Assembly: GCA_050115495.1 (NCBI GenBank)
Contig: JASFQK010000056.1
Location: 1 to 25,187, forward strand
DNA length: 25,187 nt
Reading direction: 5' to 3'
Source: Phycisphaerae bacterium
GTDB lineage: Bacteria > Planctomycetota > Phycisphaerae > UBA1845 > Fen-1342
The translations under genes and the position numbers were made by a program. Below are positions 20,533 to 25,187 of the stretch, piece by piece (the first letter of the stretch is position 1; every line of letters starts with the position of its first letter). The notes beneath the pieces were generated by a model. That model was not told the DNA's origin. It ran no database searches and saw only the letters and a list, made by a program, of their open reading frames with translations.

Positions 20533-21884
20533 CCGAGGCGACGCCAGAGAGAGCGCTCCTGCTGAATGACGGCGCGATGCCGCCGGCAACGCCCCGGCGG
20601 TCGCTCGGGCGCGGCCTGCTGCTGGTGGCGTTGATCTTCCTGGCGACGCGCATCCTGGTGTGGGCGGCGGCGTATACGGGTGCCGCGGTCTTCTTCTGCA
20701 TTCGGCACCAGTGGGAGCCGCCGCTGGCGCAGCATATGCGCCCCTACCGCGAGACGCCGCCCGATCCGGACAGCCCGGAGTATCGCTCGGCGCACAACCT
20801 GATGGCGAACCTGGCGCCGCTGTGCCAGTTCGACGGGCTGAACTACCAATCGATCATCGACCGGGGGTATCAGTACGCGCCGCCGCCGGCGGAAGCGAAG
20901 CCGTACGAGTATCAGCAGAACATCGCCTTCTTCCCACTGTATCCGCTGATCTGCTGGCCGCTGGCGCAGGTGCTGGGCACGCGGGCGGCGATGATTCTGG
21001 TGGCTCATCTGGCGGCGCTGGCGGCGGGCGGGTGCCTCTATGCCTGGCTGCGGCGACGGCTGGACGAGGGCGGGGCGCTCTTTGCGGTCGCGGTCGTGTT
21101 CTGCTGGCCGGCGGCGTGCTACTTCAGCTTCGCGTACGCGGAGAGCCTGACGCTGCTGCTGCTGGTGCTGGCGTTGTGGGCGATGGATCGGCGGGCGTTT
21201 GGTTGGGCGGCGGTGGCGTGCGCCCTGGCCACGGCGACGCGGCCCACCGCCGCCGGCATCGTGCTCGTGCTCATGCTGGCGTACTGGCTGAGCAGCGCGC
21301 GGCCCCGGCGGCAGCGGGCGGCGTGCCTGGTGGGGCTGACCGTGCTGGCGGCGGGTGGGGCGCTGATTTACGCCGGCTATCTGACGGGTCGGTTCGGCTC
21401 GCCGACGGTCTACTGGGACAATTTTGAGGCGGGGTGGGTGCCGCGGAAGCTGCGGGCGGATTGGGTGTCGTTCCTGACGATGGCGCCGATCTGGTCGCAA
21501 CTGGGGAAGATGGCGGGCGTCGTCGTTTTCTGGCCGCTGGGGCTGATCGAGCTGGCCAACCCGCTGCGGTGGAATGTCCCGCTGAGCCTGCTGCTGGTGG
21601 TGGTCAGCTTCGTGGGGATGCGGGGCGTGCCGCGGAGCTTCCGGCCGCTGCTGCTGCTGGCACCGATCATCTTCGTGCACGCGTATCTTGCGTCGGGCGG
21701 GGCGGGTTTTGGGATTGAGCCGATCGGGCGGTACGTGGCGCTGGGGGTGCCGACGCTTATCGTGCTGGCGGCGTGGTTCCGGCGGCGGGCGGGTGCGGGG
21801 CTGAGCTGCGCGCTGCTGGTCGCGCTGGTGCTGATGCAGGTGGCGTGGGCGTGGCGGTTTGGGCTGCGGGAGTGGTCGGGGTAG
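20529..21884 (+). CDS. Multi-pass GT-C glycosyltransferase (PIG-V/mannosyltransferase-like)
   Basis: FDG.NY.SI...GY, IAFFPLYP, YAESL, ATATRPTA, terminal RY motif, many TM helices. GTGA overlap with the pgeF stop; start could be 20520. Confidence 0.82.
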   Translation: MTEATPERALLLNDGAMPPATPRRSLGRGLLLVALIFLATRILVWAAAYTGAAVFFCIRHQWEPPLAQHMRPYRETPPDPDSPEYRSAHNLMANLAPLCQFDGLNYQSIIDRGYQYAPPPAEAKPYEYQQNIAFFPLYPLICWPLAQVLGTRAAMILVAHLAALAAGGCLYAWLRRRLDEGGALFAVAVVFCWPAACYFSFAYAESLTLLLLVLALWAMDRRAFGWAAVACALATATRPTAAGIVLVLMLAYWLSSARPRRQRAACLVGLTVLAAGGALIYAGYLTGRFGSPTVYWDNFEAGWVPRKLRADWVSFLTMAPIWSQLGKMAGVVVFWPLGLIELANPLRWNVPLSLLLVVVSFVGMRGVPRSFRPLLLLAPIIFVHAYLASGGAGFGIEPIGRYVALGVPTLIVLAAWFRRRAGAGLSCALLVALVLMQVAWAWRFGLREWSG

Positions 21885-21895
21885 GTCGCGGCGCG

Positions 21896-21917
21896 CGGCG
21901 GGTGGAACCCGCCCTAC
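21896..21917 (-). repeat. Single GTAG-type REP
   Basis: Minus strand GTAG-GGCGGGT-TCC-ACCCGCC-G: tag plus perfect 7-bp hairpin. Confidence 0.6.
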
Positions 21918-21988
21918 CTGGGCGGGGGCCTTGCTCATTGGGCGTATTGGTGCTTGAATGCCGACGGCCCCAGAGGGAGACCGCTGCC

Positions 21989-24743
<2,755 letters not shown>

Positions 24744-24774
24744 CGCGGCTGCCGGCGAGAAGGCGAAGGACGCG

Positions 24775-25065
24775 ATGTCACGTAACACGATATTGCTGAT
24801 CGTCGTCGGGGTGCTGCTGGCTGTGGCCGGGTTGCTGCTGCTGCGCTCGCCCGGGTACGACGATGCGCCGGACGACCAGTACATCAGCTTCTGCTGCCCG
24901 GAGTGCAAGCACTCCTTCCGGCTCAGCCATCGTGAGTTCGAGCAGCGCTGGAACGCCGGCGAGTATGAGCGCGTGGCCGGCGAAAAGACCCTGCTGTTCA
25001 AGTGCCCGAAGTGCGGGAAGATGACGGCGACGCGGGCGAAGAGTAGCGCTGGCGAGGCACCCTAG
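24775..25065 (+). CDS. Small membrane-anchored protein with two CxxC motifs (96 aa)
   Basis: ATG 24775 after AAGGA; N-terminal TM helix; CPEC and CPKC. Confidence 0.8.
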   Translation: MSRNTILLIVVGVLLAVAGLLLLRSPGYDDAPDDQYISFCCPECKHSFRLSHREFEQRWNAGEYERVAGEKTLLFKCPKCGKMTATRAKSSAGEAP

Positions 25066-25187
25066 TGTAGTGCCTCATTAGTTCGATGACTTATCGAACG
25101 CTGCGTGCGTGCGCGTGATTTTCGGCAAGATATCCTGGAGGTCGGCAGTCCAGACGAATGGCTTGGGGTCGTCATTGTGCGTGTCGA
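25063..25187 (-). mobile_element. Right end of an IS630-family insertion sequence (partial)
   Basis: Transposase C-terminus followed closely by ...GAGGCACTACAC-TAG; CTAG/TA junction at 25062-25065, typical of IS630; GC content drops. Confidence 0.8.
25078..25187 (-). CDS. IS630-family transposase, C-terminal fragment
   Basis: Not in track. Translates DTHNDDPKPFVWTADLQDILPKITRTHAAFDKSSN*; HN..PKPF.WT...IL.K..R is a common IS630 C-terminal signature. Confidence 0.82.
   Translation of the reverse strand, partial: DTHNDDPKPFVWTADLQDILPKITRTHAAFDKSSN

Overview
High-GC bacterial window, most likely Planctomycetota/Phycisphaerae (inferred from a PEP-CTERM protein, a 'GDLNCDG..NFDI.PF' dockerin-like tail and a eukaryote-like AlaRS). 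The left ~4.1 kb is accessory. It has an AT-rich divergent promoter/operator, an XRE HTH gene, a ~410-nt leftward leader containing a strongly structured, possibly pseudoknotted RNA, two coupled unknown ORFs (one weakly Abi_C/HEPN-like and running off the edge) and an AbiTii-domain gene. The middle holds minus-strand genes: HAF/PEP-CTERM protein, AraC-GyrI regulator, membrane protein, alaS with insertions, FG-GAP-dockerin protein and a Cys-rich lipoprotein. Most are separated by ordered mosaics of several GTAG/GTGG-type REP hairpin families, and one REP copy is translated inside alaS. The right half is a plus-strand housekeeping run: metallophosphoesterase, aroK, prepilin peptidase, murI, HEAT lipoprotein, Zn-dependent dehydrogenase, pgeF, GT-C transferase, lipoprotein, ligA and a small CxxC protein. 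It ends at the right end of an IS630-family element. All calls come from reading the sequence; no database searches were run.
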